Shown: positions 10,079 through 19,852, counted from the stretch's first letter. The stretch is DNA of 64,000 nucleotides from an uncultured Gammaproteobacteria bacterium (GCA_964649615.1 CAZYPW010000002.1:2969-66968); one strand, 5' to 3'. The notes: generated by a model from the sequence alone, not told the origin. Translations and numbers: made by a program.

Positions 10079-10767
10079 GCCAAGTTGAATCAACTGATTC
10101 AAAACTGATCCACCGACCCCAATATAGCTTCGCTAATCCCGACTCCGCTCTTTTTCTCACCGGTACTCCTTTATCAGGTAAATCTACGATAGCTCCTTTA
10201 GTTGCTGCCAATATTGAAGGTTGTACTGTTCAGAATATGGATATTATCCGGTTATTAGCCCAGGAAATGGAAACACGTAAACCGGAAAGTGAAAGAAATC
10301 CCTTCGTAAGGTATGGCTCTTGCGACAGTTATCTTTTTGTAGGAGATGGTTCGTACTCACCCCAGAGCCTTGTGACTGGATTTAATTACTATGCACGGGC
10401 TGTTTCTTCCTTATTAACAGGAATTATCCCAAGGTTAGAAGTTCAGGGAGCACAAAGAGTGTTATTTGAAGGTGTTCAATTAACACCAGGAATAGTATCC
10501 CCGTTTTTAGTTGGTAATAATAAGTTAATAGTAATTACCTCAGATGAGGCTAGATTAGGTGCTAATAGAGATAAACGCTACGGCAAAGATAAAGAATTAC
10601 TTGAGAGGTATTCACTTGATAGATTATTATTATTGCAAGGAGAAATTATGAGGCAAAGCCAACAAGTTCCTCCTGATAAAATATTTTTTGTTGATAATTC
10701 TGGAGATTATATAGATTCAACAATGCGGATAATTCGTCTTTTAATAGCTGAAGGCATAATTGCTTAA
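10075..10767 (+). CDS. P-loop NTPase / small-molecule kinase-like protein
   Basis: Walker A GTPLSGKST. Size and architecture resemble 2-phosphoglycerate kinase, TmrB or chloramphenicol-phosphotransferase families. Confidence 0.4.
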   Translation: MSQVESTDSKLIHRPQYSFANPDSALFLTGTPLSGKSTIAPLVAANIEGCTVQNMDIIRLLAQEMETRKPESERNPFVRYGSCDSYLFVGDGSYSPQSLVTGFNYYARAVSSLLTGIIPRLEVQGAQRVLFEGVQLTPGIVSPFLVGNNKLIVITSDEARLGANRDKRYGKDKELLERYSLDRLLLLQGEIMRQSQQVPPDKIFFVDNSGDYIDSTMRIIRLLIAEGIIA

Positions 10768-10791
10768 ATTTAATTTTGGTATACTCTATGT

Positions 10792-11508
10792 ATGGAACAG
10801 GTTTTTTTCGAGGAAATTAATGGCAAAAAAGTTTTTTGTTTCTTATCAGAACCAAATAATTTATCTAAAAAGATAGTTATTATGAGCCATGGTTTCAGGG
10901 GTACTAATGTAGGACCTGCCAGACAATTTGTAGATTTTCAGAGGATACTTAGTAAAGAGGGTTTTTCAGTGCTTCGTTTTGACCAGCCCAATAGCGGAAA
11001 CTCAGAAGGGAACTATATTAACTCTTCATTTAAGGAATGGGTAAATACAATTGTCTATTTTGCAAAGAAATATATTGACTTAGGGTATGATGTAAACATT
11101 TTGGGACAAAGCATGGGTGCCACAGCTACAGTTATAGCGACAAATGACCAGAAAATAGAAGATAAAGTATCCTGTTTGTTACTTTGGGTGCCTGATCCAG
11201 AAACAGATTTTTCCGGTGAATCACAAGAAATTTATGAAGAAGGTGGCCAGAAATATAAAGGAAGTTTTTGGCAGGAAGCAAAAGATGCTGACTTTTTTCA
11301 ATGCTTAAATAATTACCAAGGTAAGATACATCTAGTATATGGAGAGGTAGATAGATATATAACAAAATATTTGATCAATAAAACAATAAAAATTGTACGG
11401 GAGAAAGGACAAGACGTAATGATATTAAAAAATCAGGATCATAGTCCTTGGGAGTTTGATTTAGTACAAGAAGTTTATAAACAAGAATTAGCCAAACTAC
11501 GAGAATAA
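10792..11508 (+). CDS. Alpha/beta hydrolase
   Basis: HGFRG oxyanion region and nucleophile elbow GQSMGA (GxSxG). Confidence 0.65.
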   Translation: MEQVFFEEINGKKVFCFLSEPNNLSKKIVIMSHGFRGTNVGPARQFVDFQRILSKEGFSVLRFDQPNSGNSEGNYINSSFKEWVNTIVYFAKKYIDLGYDVNILGQSMGATATVIATNDQKIEDKVSCLLLWVPDPETDFSGESQEIYEEGGQKYKGSFWQEAKDADFFQCLNNYQGKIHLVYGEVDRYITKYLINKTIKIVREKGQDVMILKNQDHSPWEFDLVQEVYKQELAKLRE

Positions 11509-11514
11509 ATTTCA

Positions 11515-12504
11515 ATGGAACAGATTAATGAATCACTATCGATGGTACTCAGTGCAGCAGATAAGACCTATATATTAACTAGTCTCGTAGTTGAGTTTAT
11601 TGATGTCCTACAAAGAGATGGTGCGACTAGAACAACAGACATTGCTAGGGCAACTTCTTTACCCAAACGAACACTAAGACGGTTAGTTGGCGAACTCGAT
11701 TCTTGTGTGAGGATAGATCGTGATCGTTATTCATTAACTAGCGAAGGGGAACATCTGGCTTCAGAATTATTTAGCTACCGACAAAAACGCTTTGGGGAAG
11801 TGGAGAAAAGAGGAGAACAAGGGTTGGTATTGCTAGAACAGATTGAGAAGGAGCGGGGCCCATCAAAGAGAAATCTTGATCAATTCCGAGTAACACCAGC
11901 AACATCCATTGTCAGAGCTAAGCTGGCAGATGAGAAATTCGATATTGTGGGTAGGCGAATTGTCTTCTTGGGTGATAATGACCTTACGTCAGTAGCCGTA
12001 GCCACTCTTGGTGGTTCATCTAGGATAACTGTGCTTGATATAGATAGTGATGTTCTAGAAGCGATAACTAGAACAGCTAAACTACGCGATTTGAACATCG
12101 AGTGCGTTTCGTATGATGCCAGAGAGCCGCTTAAATCCAATCTGCGCGACAGCTTTGATATACTCTTTACTGATCCGCCTTACACTCGAAGTGGTGTGCG
12201 TTTGTTCTTATCGCGAGCGGCAGGGCTTTTGAATGAAGCACCTGGAACATCCTACTTCTCGTACGGTTTTAGCCTCCGCGCCCGCGAACGCGGACTTGCA
12301 ATACAGCGGTTGATTGCTGAACAAGGCTGGCTCGTTTACGGTATGTGGCCAGGATTCAATCAGTATTACGCGGCAGGTTCAATTGGAGCACGATCTGATT
12401 TATATCGTTTGATTCGTACCCCAAAGACAGTAAACCTAGTCCCAGGACGTTTCCTTGATAACATCTATACAGGCCTAGATTTATCACAACCGCATTTGGC
12501 ATAA
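11515..12504 (+). CDS. DUF43-family protein (BpsA-like branched-chain polyamine synthase / methyltransferase fold) with an N-terminal wHTH
   Basis: IVFLGDNDLTSVA and FTDPPYT motifs recalled for DUF43, plus an N-terminal winged-helix segment. Confidence 0.45.
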   Translation: MEQINESLSMVLSAADKTYILTSLVVEFIDVLQRDGATRTTDIARATSLPKRTLRRLVGELDSCVRIDRDRYSLTSEGEHLASELFSYRQKRFGEVEKRGEQGLVLLEQIEKERGPSKRNLDQFRVTPATSIVRAKLADEKFDIVGRRIVFLGDNDLTSVAVATLGGSSRITVLDIDSDVLEAITRTAKLRDLNIECVSYDAREPLKSNLRDSFDILFTDPPYTRSGVRLFLSRAAGLLNEAPGTSYFSYGFSLRARERGLAIQRLIAEQGWLVYGMWPGFNQYYAAGSIGARSDLYRLIRTPKTVNLVPGRFLDNIYTGLDLSQPHLA

Positions 12505-12545
12505 ATAGAAATCTATGCTAGAATTAGCAACTCAAAGTCAATCAA

Positions 12546-13568
12546 ATGGCAAAACAAGAATTTATAGGATATAGTACTCATTGTCTTCAAGACGTTCAGA
12601 GGCGTTTAGCCCAAGTAGACGCAACTCCAAATGAGGAAATTGGGCAACATTTCCTGGTTAATCAAGGAGCTATAGATTTGTTGGCACAAACAGTAAATCC
12701 AGGGAGTACTGTAATAGAGGTAGGCTGTGGGGTAGGACATATAACTGAAAGGTTGGCAGAAAGAGCAGCAAAGTTACATGGTATTGAGATTGACCGAAGG
12801 TATAGGCCTCTTCTGGATGGGTTGACTAGCAGATTCAGTAATTTAAATGTAATTTATGGGGATGCATTAGCAGTAGATTTTGATAGGCTATTACATGGTG
12901 ATAAACAAGAAGATGGGCAAATTATTGCAAGTTTACCGTATCATATTACTGAACCATTTATACAAAAAGTTACTCCGCTAAAATTGTCTAGTGTAACTTT
13001 AGTAGTAGGTAGAAGGTATGCTGACTCAATAGCTGCTTCAGTTGATTCAGGTGAGTTTGGCAGATTAAGTATTCTAACTGCAACATTTTTTGATGTTGAA
13101 ACACTGGCAACAATTCAAAGAGATGGATTCTTCCCGATTCCAAGAACTGATTCAGCAATGGTACAGCTTAGACCAAGAGAGCCAGAAGAAGTAGGATCTA
13201 ATAGAAGAGATATCATATTTAGACATTTATTTCTGACATCAAAGCAAAATTCAACATTAAGAAAGGGTTTGAAGGAAGGATTAGATGTATTTGAACTAGC
13301 TAGAGATAGTATAGGTTTATCTAAAAAGGAACGTAACCGTAAATCCAGAGTCAATACAAAACTACGTTTAAGAGAAGCTTTAGGACAGGTTAATAGAGGG
13401 AATGTCGATAGTGAAAATCAATCAGATGCTTCTAATTCAGCAAGTTTACTGTCCAGATTGAGTAGAAATACAATCGCCAAATTAAATATTCCCGATATGA
13501 CACTTGATAAGCCATTTGCGCTACTCAATAATTCAGAATTAAGAATGCTCTATCAGTCTTTAGGTTAA
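12546..13568 (+). CDS. KsgA/Dim1/Erm-family rRNA adenine N6-dimethyltransferase with an extended C-terminus
   Basis: QHFLVNQ (QNFL-like) motif, SAM motif EVGCGVGHIT, LPYHITEP (NLPYNIS-like). 340 aa, longer than KsgA (about 270) or Erm (about 245). Confidence 0.75.
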   Translation: MAKQEFIGYSTHCLQDVQRRLAQVDATPNEEIGQHFLVNQGAIDLLAQTVNPGSTVIEVGCGVGHITERLAERAAKLHGIEIDRRYRPLLDGLTSRFSNLNVIYGDALAVDFDRLLHGDKQEDGQIIASLPYHITEPFIQKVTPLKLSSVTLVVGRRYADSIAASVDSGEFGRLSILTATFFDVETLATIQRDGFFPIPRTDSAMVQLRPREPEEVGSNRRDIIFRHLFLTSKQNSTLRKGLKEGLDVFELARDSIGLSKKERNRKSRVNTKLRLREALGQVNRGNVDSENQSDASNSASLLSRLSRNTIAKLNIPDMTLDKPFALLNNSELRMLYQSLG

Positions 13569-13759
13569 TCTTTCCAAGCGAATATCTTATAGGAAGGGAT
13601 CGTTTCTCTTTTCTGGTATTATTTCGTATATGCCTGAATTAGATAAATCTTTTGTAGAAATTAAAAAGTAGCTCAAGATATTTAAAGAGTGTTTCTCTCT
13701 GTTTAATAGTTGTAAGTGGCTCAATAACTGGTGCTACCCTAGCATCATTTAACTTGTAA

Positions 13760-14040
13760 ACTCCAGAGGAAATTTTTTATTTTCTTTCTTGCTCTCTTCT
13801 TTCTAAATCTCTTTTATGCTGTGATGCCTCATATAAAAAAGGAGAGGGTAGTAAAGAAATATTAGAAAGTTTTAGTAGTAATAAATCAAGATTCTATACT
13901 TTCTTAACTAAAGAAAATTTAAATAGCTTGCTGGAAGATGCAGGTTTTAAGATTATTGAGACTTATGAAATAAATGAGAGGGAAAGATTTGGACCTACAA
14001 AACGAGATCTTATTTGGATCCACTCCTTCTCAAAAATATA
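13760..14040 (+). pseudogene. Start-less remnant of a methyltransferase C-terminus
   Basis: Open frame after a stop at 13757 with no ATG, ending ...LEDAGFKIIETYEINERERFGPTKRDLIWIHSFSKI*. Resembles the C-terminal region of class I methyltransferases. Confidence 0.35.
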
Positions 14041-14066
14041 ATTTATCTTGTTCTGACAGTCTAAAG

Positions 14067-14140
14067 TACCGCGTACGGGAGTCGAACCCGTGATTTCTGG
14101 GATGAAAACCCAACGTCCTAGGCCACTAGACGAACGCGGC
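14067..14140 (-). tRNA. tRNA-Glu (anticodon UUC)
   Basis: The reverse complement folds as a cloverleaf with a GUCUAGUGGCCUAGGAC D-arm like E. coli tRNA-Glu. Anticodon loop UUUUCAU, T-loop TTCGACT. Confidence 0.8.
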
Positions 14141-14212
14141 ATATTAAAATTTTAAGGTATATTCGCCTGGCGCTTACGCACTAGCCAAACGTGGCGCAGT
14201 GAAAATTATACC

Positions 14213-14614
14213 TTAATTTATATATCCATGCATCTTGAGCCATGGGAAAATTGTTCTTTTGGCAATGACAGATAAATTTTTAGGGGCAGAGTTTGTATCA
14301 AAATAATCAATCTCCACCACCTCTGATGAAGGCTTTGGCTCACCTACCAGTTTCCCCTCATACATCCTAAGGTGCAATATACCCTGATCACCGTGAGCAA
14401 CATCCTCAAACGTAGCCAGATACTTTAAAGATTGCTCATCCACCTCGCAGCCTAACTCTTCTTTTATTTCTCTTTTTATACAATCTATATCTGATTCCCC
14501 TTTCTCAATTTTCCCTCCCAAGGTATAAAACACCTCATCCTGCTTGTTAGTCCTCACCTGCAGCATTTTTTTGTCTTTAAAATAAGCCAAAGCCACTTTC
14601 TTAACAATCCTCAT
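14213..14614 (-). CDS. NUDIX hydrolase
   Basis: Nudix box GGKIEKGESDIDCIKREIKEELG. Confidence 0.8.
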   Translation of the reverse strand: MRIVKKVALAYFKDKKMLQVRTNKQDEVFYTLGGKIEKGESDIDCIKREIKEELGCEVDEQSLKYLATFEDVAHGDQGILHLRMYEGKLVGEPKPSSEVVEIDYFDTNSAPKNLSVIAKRTIFPWLKMHGYIN

Positions 14615-14644
14615 TACTAATCAGTATATGATATACTTTCTATC

Positions 14645-15520
14645 ATGCAAGCATCAGAAGATTTATTGGTTCCCATTAAACTAGGCATTATTGGCTATGG
14701 TTTTGTGGGTCAGGCTGTTGCCAACGGCTTCAGGGAAGCATCCTTTGGGAAGGATACCATTCTTTGGTATGACAAATACAAGGATGGAAGCTCTTTGGAA
14801 GATACTATAAAGAGAAGTGAATTCATCTTTGTTTGTCTGCCTACTCCTATGAAACAGGATGAATCTGGAATAGAACTGTCTATTTTTGAAGAAATGATTC
14901 CACAAATTACTAAACTAACAGACAAAACAGACAAAATTATTATTATTAAATCCACTGTGACCCCAGGTACAACTGCCAAATTTGAAAAAAGTTTTCCTAA
15001 TTCTCATTTCTGTTTTAGCCCGGAATTTCTAACAGAGGCTAATTTTTTGGATGATTTTATTAATGCTGAAAGAACAGTGATTGGGGCCAATAATGATTTA
15101 ATTTTAAGAAGGGTGGCGGTGGTTTTTAAACAAAGATTTCCTAACACTCAGCTTTTTTTGACAGACCCAATAACAGCTGAAACTGTCAAATATTTTGCCA
15201 ATGCTTTTCTTTCCTTAAAAGTTACCTTTGCCAATTATTTTTATGATTACTGCCAGGCTTTAGGGATTAAATATGAGGAAGTCAAGAAAATGGCTGCAGC
15301 AGATCACAGAATAGGAAATTATCATCTGGAGGTTACCACCAACAGAGGTTTTGGGGGGAAGTGTTTTCCCAAGGATTTGGTAGCTATCATGGGAGAGTTT
15401 AAAAAATTAGGAGTAAATACATCTTTGTTAGAAACTATGTGGGAATATAATAAAAAAATCAGAAAAGTCCATGATTGGGAAGAGATTCCATTTGCTGTAG
15501 AAGGTAACCACAAGAAATAA
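14645..15520 (+). CDS. UDP-glucose/GDP-mannose dehydrogenase family protein, C-terminally truncated
   Basis: NAD-binding IIGYGFVGQAV and catalytic-Cys motif GGKCFPKD. At 291 aa it lacks the C-terminal UDP-binding domain. Confidence 0.55.
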   Translation: MQASEDLLVPIKLGIIGYGFVGQAVANGFREASFGKDTILWYDKYKDGSSLEDTIKRSEFIFVCLPTPMKQDESGIELSIFEEMIPQITKLTDKTDKIIIIKSTVTPGTTAKFEKSFPNSHFCFSPEFLTEANFLDDFINAERTVIGANNDLILRRVAVVFKQRFPNTQLFLTDPITAETVKYFANAFLSLKVTFANYFYDYCQALGIKYEEVKKMAAADHRIGNYHLEVTTNRGFGGKCFPKDLVAIMGEFKKLGVNTSLLETMWEYNKKIRKVHDWEEIPFAVEGNHKK

Positions 15521-15551
15521 TTTCTTTTTTGATGTGATGAGTGACCACCTC

Positions 15552-15911
15552 TTATGAAGTAATATTTTTAATTAATTCTATCTTAGGCTTTTGGGGATCC
15601 TCTGCAAAATCTACTGAAATAAAATCTAACCTATATTCTTTCCATCCCCACTTAATCTTTAGAACATAAAATTGGGCAGTTTTTAAAAGGGCTTTAATTT
15701 TCCAGGGGGTCATACTTTCTACAGGGGGGCCAAAATCATGTGAATATCTTGTTTTCACTTCCACAAAAACCAAAGTATCCCCATCTTTACAAACAATATC
15801 TATCTCCCCTCCCCTTATTCTATAATTTCTTTCTAAAATTTTAAACCCAAGTTTTTTAAGATACTCACAGGCTAACTCCTCCCCATAATTACCAGTTAAT
15901 TTATTAGCCAC
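15552..15911 (-). CDS. YraN-family (UPF0102) endonuclease
   Basis: GEELACEYLKKLGF...GEIDIV...VFVEVKTR signature. Confidence 0.8.
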   Translation of the reverse strand: MANKLTGNYGEELACEYLKKLGFKILERNYRIRGGEIDIVCKDGDTLVFVEVKTRYSHDFGPPVESMTPWKIKALLKTAQFYVLKIKWGWKEYRLDFISVDFAEDPQKPKIELIKNITS

Positions 15912-15923
15912 GGGATCTTCTTT

Positions 15924-16238
15924 TTATACTCTTACTGCTGACTTACCTGTTAAATTTCTTAAGTAATATAATTTAGACCTTCTGACCCCAGCAGTTTTTT
16001 TCTTAACCTCAATTTTAACTAAATTTTTCCCGTCAAGCGGCCAGGTTCGCTCTACCCCAACTCCGGCTGCCCCTATTTTTCTAACTGTAAAAGTAGCATT
16101 TTCTCCACGCCCTCTTAAACTAATTAGGATGCCTTCAAAAACCTGCACTCTAGTTTTTCCACTCTCAATAATTTGAGCATGCACTCTTAAAGTATCACCT
16201 ATATGAATTTGTTGATCAGCAAATTTTCCTGAAATCAT
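15924..16238 (-). CDS. rplS: 50S ribosomal protein L19
   Basis: Full-length L19 similarity (…[20 protein letters not shown]…). Confidence 0.9.
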   Translation of the reverse strand: MISGKFADQQIHIGDTLRVHAQIIESGKTRVQVFEGILISLRGRGENATFTVRKIGAAGVGVERTWPLDGKNLVKIEVKKKTAGVRRSKLYYLRNLTGKSAVRV

Positions 16239-16257
16239 GGCTAAATATTAACACAGG

Positions 16258-19200
16258 TTATATTCTTTTAAAAGACCCTTTGCCTAATGCCTGAATAATT
16301 TGATTCTCCAAACTTGGAGTTGGATCAACGCTAAAGGGAAGATTCATTCTCCTTAACCCGTTTCCACCATTTGGCAGGATTAAAGAAACAGCAACATTTC
16401 CAGGATACTCTCTCAGAGTCCGATTAATGTTTTTTAGAATGTTAATATCTAATCCAACAGGCACATAAATCTCAATAGATTTTTTGCTCACCACCTCAAA
16501 ATAATCACCACCCTCTTCAAATAAGGCAATCTTGTCTATCACCAAAGAAATCTTTTCTTCTCTTTTATCAATTCTGCCTAATGTTATCACCACCTGGTCT
16601 CGCATTAAAAAGCTTTTGCTTTCTTCATATGTTTTAGGAAAAACAACTGCCTCAATATCTGAAGTCCCATCTGAAATTCTAATAAAAGCCATCTCAGCAC
16701 CACTTTTTTTAGTTAAAACTTTTTTCATCTCAGTGATCACTCCGCCTAAAACCAATTTCTGGCCCACATGCTCCTCGGTTAAATCTGCAATTTTAACAGA
16801 AATATGGTTTACAATTTGTTTTAATTTGGGCAGAAATGGCGGTTCATGCAGATAAAAACCTAATAAATCTTTTTCAAAAATTAACAGTTGCTCTAAAGGA
16901 AGTTCATCTACATTTGGAAGTTTAATATTAGAAGTAGAGTCTCCTACCATATCAAACAAAAATCCCTGGCCAGATAACTTAGATTTGTTTAACTTATGGC
17001 TATCATTAATGACTTGGTCCAAAACTAAAAGTTGGGCAGCCCTATTGCCAAAGGCGTCAAGTGCCCCGCTCTTTACTAAACTCTCCAGAGTTTTCCTGTT
17101 AACTAACCTGTTATCTACCTTGGAACAAAGATCAAAAAGAGAAGTAAAAGCTTCATTTTTTCTTCCGGCAATAATGGATAAAATCGCACTTCCTCCCACA
17201 TTTTTAATTGCAGAAAGCCCAAACCTTATTCCTTGATTCTGCTTACCTTTTTGGTATTGCGCCCCCAAACTCTTTTTTAAATCATATTCAGACAAGGGAG
17301 ATAAGTCCTCTATGCTAAAACCAACCCCTGATTTATTTACATCCGGAGGCAACACCACTATCCCTAATCTTTTGCACTCATTAATCGCCAAAGCTACTTT
17401 ATCAGTGTTGCCAGACTCTGCAGTCATCACAGCAGCCATAAATTCTACAGGAAAGTTGGCTTTCATATAAGCTGTTTGATAAGAAACTACAGCGTAACTT
17501 GCAGCATGGGCTTTATTAAAACCATAGGCTGCAAAAGGAGCAATTAATCCAAATAGCTCTTCAGCTTTATTAGCTTTCATTCCATTTTTTATGCACCCTT
17601 CTATGAATTTACCCTTTTGCTTAGCCATTTCCGCAGGATTTTTTTTGCCCATCGCTTTTCTAAATTTATCTGCCTCTTCCCAAGTATAACCAGCTAAATT
17701 AATTGCTGTTAACAAAACATCATCCTGGTAAACCAGCAACCCTAATGATTGTTTAGTATAATCTTTCATTCTAGAATCAAAATATTGAATTTTTTTAAGG
17801 TCATGTTTTCTGGATATATACTCTGGTATAACGCTCATTGGCCCAGGCCTATATAAAGCCACCATTGCCTGGATATCAAATATATTAGTTGGCTTAAGGG
17901 CTACTAAATTTTTGGTCATGCCAGAGGACTCCATCTGAAAAATACCCATAGTGTCACCTTTTGCCATGAGCCCATAAGCTTTTTTACTGGCAGAGGAACC
18001 TGACTCATCGTACATAGGAATTTTATTTAAATCTACCAGAATCCCTTTATTTTCTTTCACAAATTCCACAGCTTTTCCCAAAATTGATAGATTTCTTATG
18101 CCCAAAAGATCCATTTTAACCAGTCCTGCATCTTCCACAGAAAACATGTCATATTGGGAAACTAATTTTTCTCCATTTGCTTCTCTTTGCAAAGGAGTAA
18201 AGTTATTAATATCATCCGGAGCAATCACAATCCCTGCAGCATGGACTGATGCATGCCTAACAGTTCCCTCAATATTAACAGCTAAATCAAGCAGCCTTTT
18301 AATATCCGTGCTGCTTTTATACATCAGGGATAATTCAGGAACTTCTTTAATGCAATCAGACAAAGGCTTATGGAAACCCTGGTGGGGTGGGGGAACTAAT
18401 TTAGCTATTTTATCTACATCAGAATAACTCATTCCTAAAACTCTTCCTACATCACGGATTGCTGCCCTACCCATCATAGTTCCAAAAGTAACAATATGGG
18501 CAACCTGGTCTTCACCGTATTTTTTCATTACATAAGCAATAACTTCATCTCTTCTATCGTCAGCTATATCTGCATCTATATCTGGAAGAGTGGGCCTATA
18601 AATTGTTAAAAATCTTTCAAAAGGCAGAAGATAATCTAGAGGATTTAAATTAGTTACTCCTAGGCAGTATAAAACCATAGACCCTGCAGCAGAACCACGG
18701 GTGTTGGTAATTATTCCCCGCTCGTGGGCCCATTCCATAAAATCTGCTACCACCAGGAAATAATCTGCATATTTTTTCTTTTCAATCACCCCTAATTCGT
18801 ATTCAATCCTATCTTTAATTTCCTGGGTCATCTTAATCCTATCTTCTGATACCTGGTATGTTTTTTCTTTCAAAACCTCCATAGAAGTTTTACCCTCAGA
18901 TGCTTCAAACACAGGAAATCTAGCTACGCCCAAAGGTATTTCTATATTAACCATATCAGCAATTTTGATTGTTGAATCCAAAGCCTGGGGAATCTCCTTA
19001 AAATCATCCTCCATTTCTTCTGGTGATTTAACAAAATAATCAGGACAATCAATCATTCTTAACCTATCAGTCTCTGTGACAAATTTGCCAGTTTGAACAC
19101 ACAGCAAAATATCCTGGGCTTCTGCATCTGTTTTTTCTATATAATGAAAATCATTGGTAGCTACCGGAGGTATTCCCAACTTTTCTGATAACTCTACTAC

Positions 19201-19827
19201 AGCCTGCCAGGTTAGATTCTGCAATTTTGCCATTTTTTGTTGGTCTTTTTTTATATTTTCATCTGCGCCGTTTTGGGCTGCTTCCCCATAAGGGTGTTTT
19301 TGTAATTCTAAGTAATAATTACCTTCACCAAATATCTCTAAATAGCTTTTAGCTGCCTCTTCTGCCTTTTTTAAACCTAGCTCATCTAAACTTCTGATAA
19401 ATTCACCTGACGGACAACCAGACAAAGCTATTAACCCTTCGTGATACTTTTTTAAAAGCTCTTTGTCTACCCTAGGTCTGTAGTAATAACCATCAACTTG
19501 TGCAATAGTCATTAGCTTCATTAAATTTAAGTAGCCCTGGTAATTTTTAGCAAGCAAGGTTAAATGAAATGGCTCTGCATCCAGCTTTGCTTCTTTGTCT
19601 TTATGGGACCTTTTGGCAACATAAGTTTCCACTCCAATAATAGGTTTTATGCCAGCCTCTTTACATTCTTTATAGAATTCTATTGCTCCATACATTACTC
19701 CATGGTCAGTAATAGCTAGAGCATCCATTCCTAAACCTTTAACTTTTTTCACAAGCTGCGGAATTTTAGAAAGCCCATCTAAAAGAGAATACTGGGTATG
19801 GGAATGAAGGTGTACAAAACGCGCCAT
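16258..19827 (-). CDS. dnaE: DNA polymerase III alpha subunit
   Basis: PHP N-terminus MARFVHLHSHTQYSLLDG, 1189 aa. Confidence 0.95.
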   Translation of the reverse strand: MARFVHLHSHTQYSLLDGLSKIPQLVKKVKGLGMDALAITDHGVMYGAIEFYKECKEAGIKPIIGVETYVAKRSHKDKEAKLDAEPFHLTLLAKNYQGYLNLMKLMTIAQVDGYYYRPRVDKELLKKYHEGLIALSGCPSGEFIRSLDELGLKKAEEAAKSYLEIFGEGNYYLELQKHPYGEAAQNGADENIKKDQQKMAKLQNLTWQAVVELSEKLGIPPVATNDFHYIEKTDAEAQDILLCVQTGKFVTETDRLRMIDCPDYFVKSPEEMEDDFKEIPQALDSTIKIADMVNIEIPLGVARFPVFEASEGKTSMEVLKEKTYQVSEDRIKMTQEIKDRIEYELGVIEKKKYADYFLVVADFMEWAHERGIITNTRGSAAGSMVLYCLGVTNLNPLDYLLPFERFLTIYRPTLPDIDADIADDRRDEVIAYVMKKYGEDQVAHIVTFGTMMGRAAIRDVGRVLGMSYSDVDKIAKLVPPPHQGFHKPLSDCIKEVPELSLMYKSSTDIKRLLDLAVNIEGTVRHASVHAAGIVIAPDDINNFTPLQREANGEKLVSQYDMFSVEDAGLVKMDLLGIRNLSILGKAVEFVKENKGILVDLNKIPMYDESGSSASKKAYGLMAKGDTMGIFQMESSGMTKNLVALKPTNIFDIQAMVALYRPGPMSVIPEYISRKHDLKKIQYFDSRMKDYTKQSLGLLVYQDDVLLTAINLAGYTWEEADKFRKAMGKKNPAEMAKQKGKFIEGCIKNGMKANKAEELFGLIAPFAAYGFNKAHAASYAVVSYQTAYMKANFPVEFMAAVMTAESGNTDKVALAINECKRLGIVVLPPDVNKSGVGFSIEDLSPLSEYDLKKSLGAQYQKGKQNQGIRFGLSAIKNVGGSAILSIIAGRKNEAFTSLFDLCSKVDNRLVNRKTLESLVKSGALDAFGNRAAQLLVLDQVINDSHKLNKSKLSGQGFLFDMVGDSTSNIKLPNVDELPLEQLLIFEKDLLGFYLHEPPFLPKLKQIVNHISVKIADLTEEHVGQKLVLGGVITEMKKVLTKKSGAEMAFIRISDGTSDIEAVVFPKTYEESKSFLMRDQVVITLGRIDKREEKISLVIDKIALFEEGGDYFEVVSKKSIEIYVPVGLDINILKNINRTLREYPGNVAVSLILPNGGNGLRRMNLPFSVDPTPSLENQIIQALGKGSFKRI

Positions 19828-19852
19828 GATGTTGTCATATTACGCTGGGCTA

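Noticed and set aside
3890-13568. Using GC content alone to call horizontal transfer
   Set aside because: Hand-counted 60-mers give about 50% GC near 12.2 kb versus about 40-47% in core genes and less in TM-protein genes. The shift is modest and membrane-protein genes confound it, so composition is used only as weak support.
16532-18427. Three plus-strand ORFs (16532-16855, 16985-17236, 18098-18427)
   Set aside because: They lie entirely inside dnaE on the opposite strand. These are spurious antisense frames.
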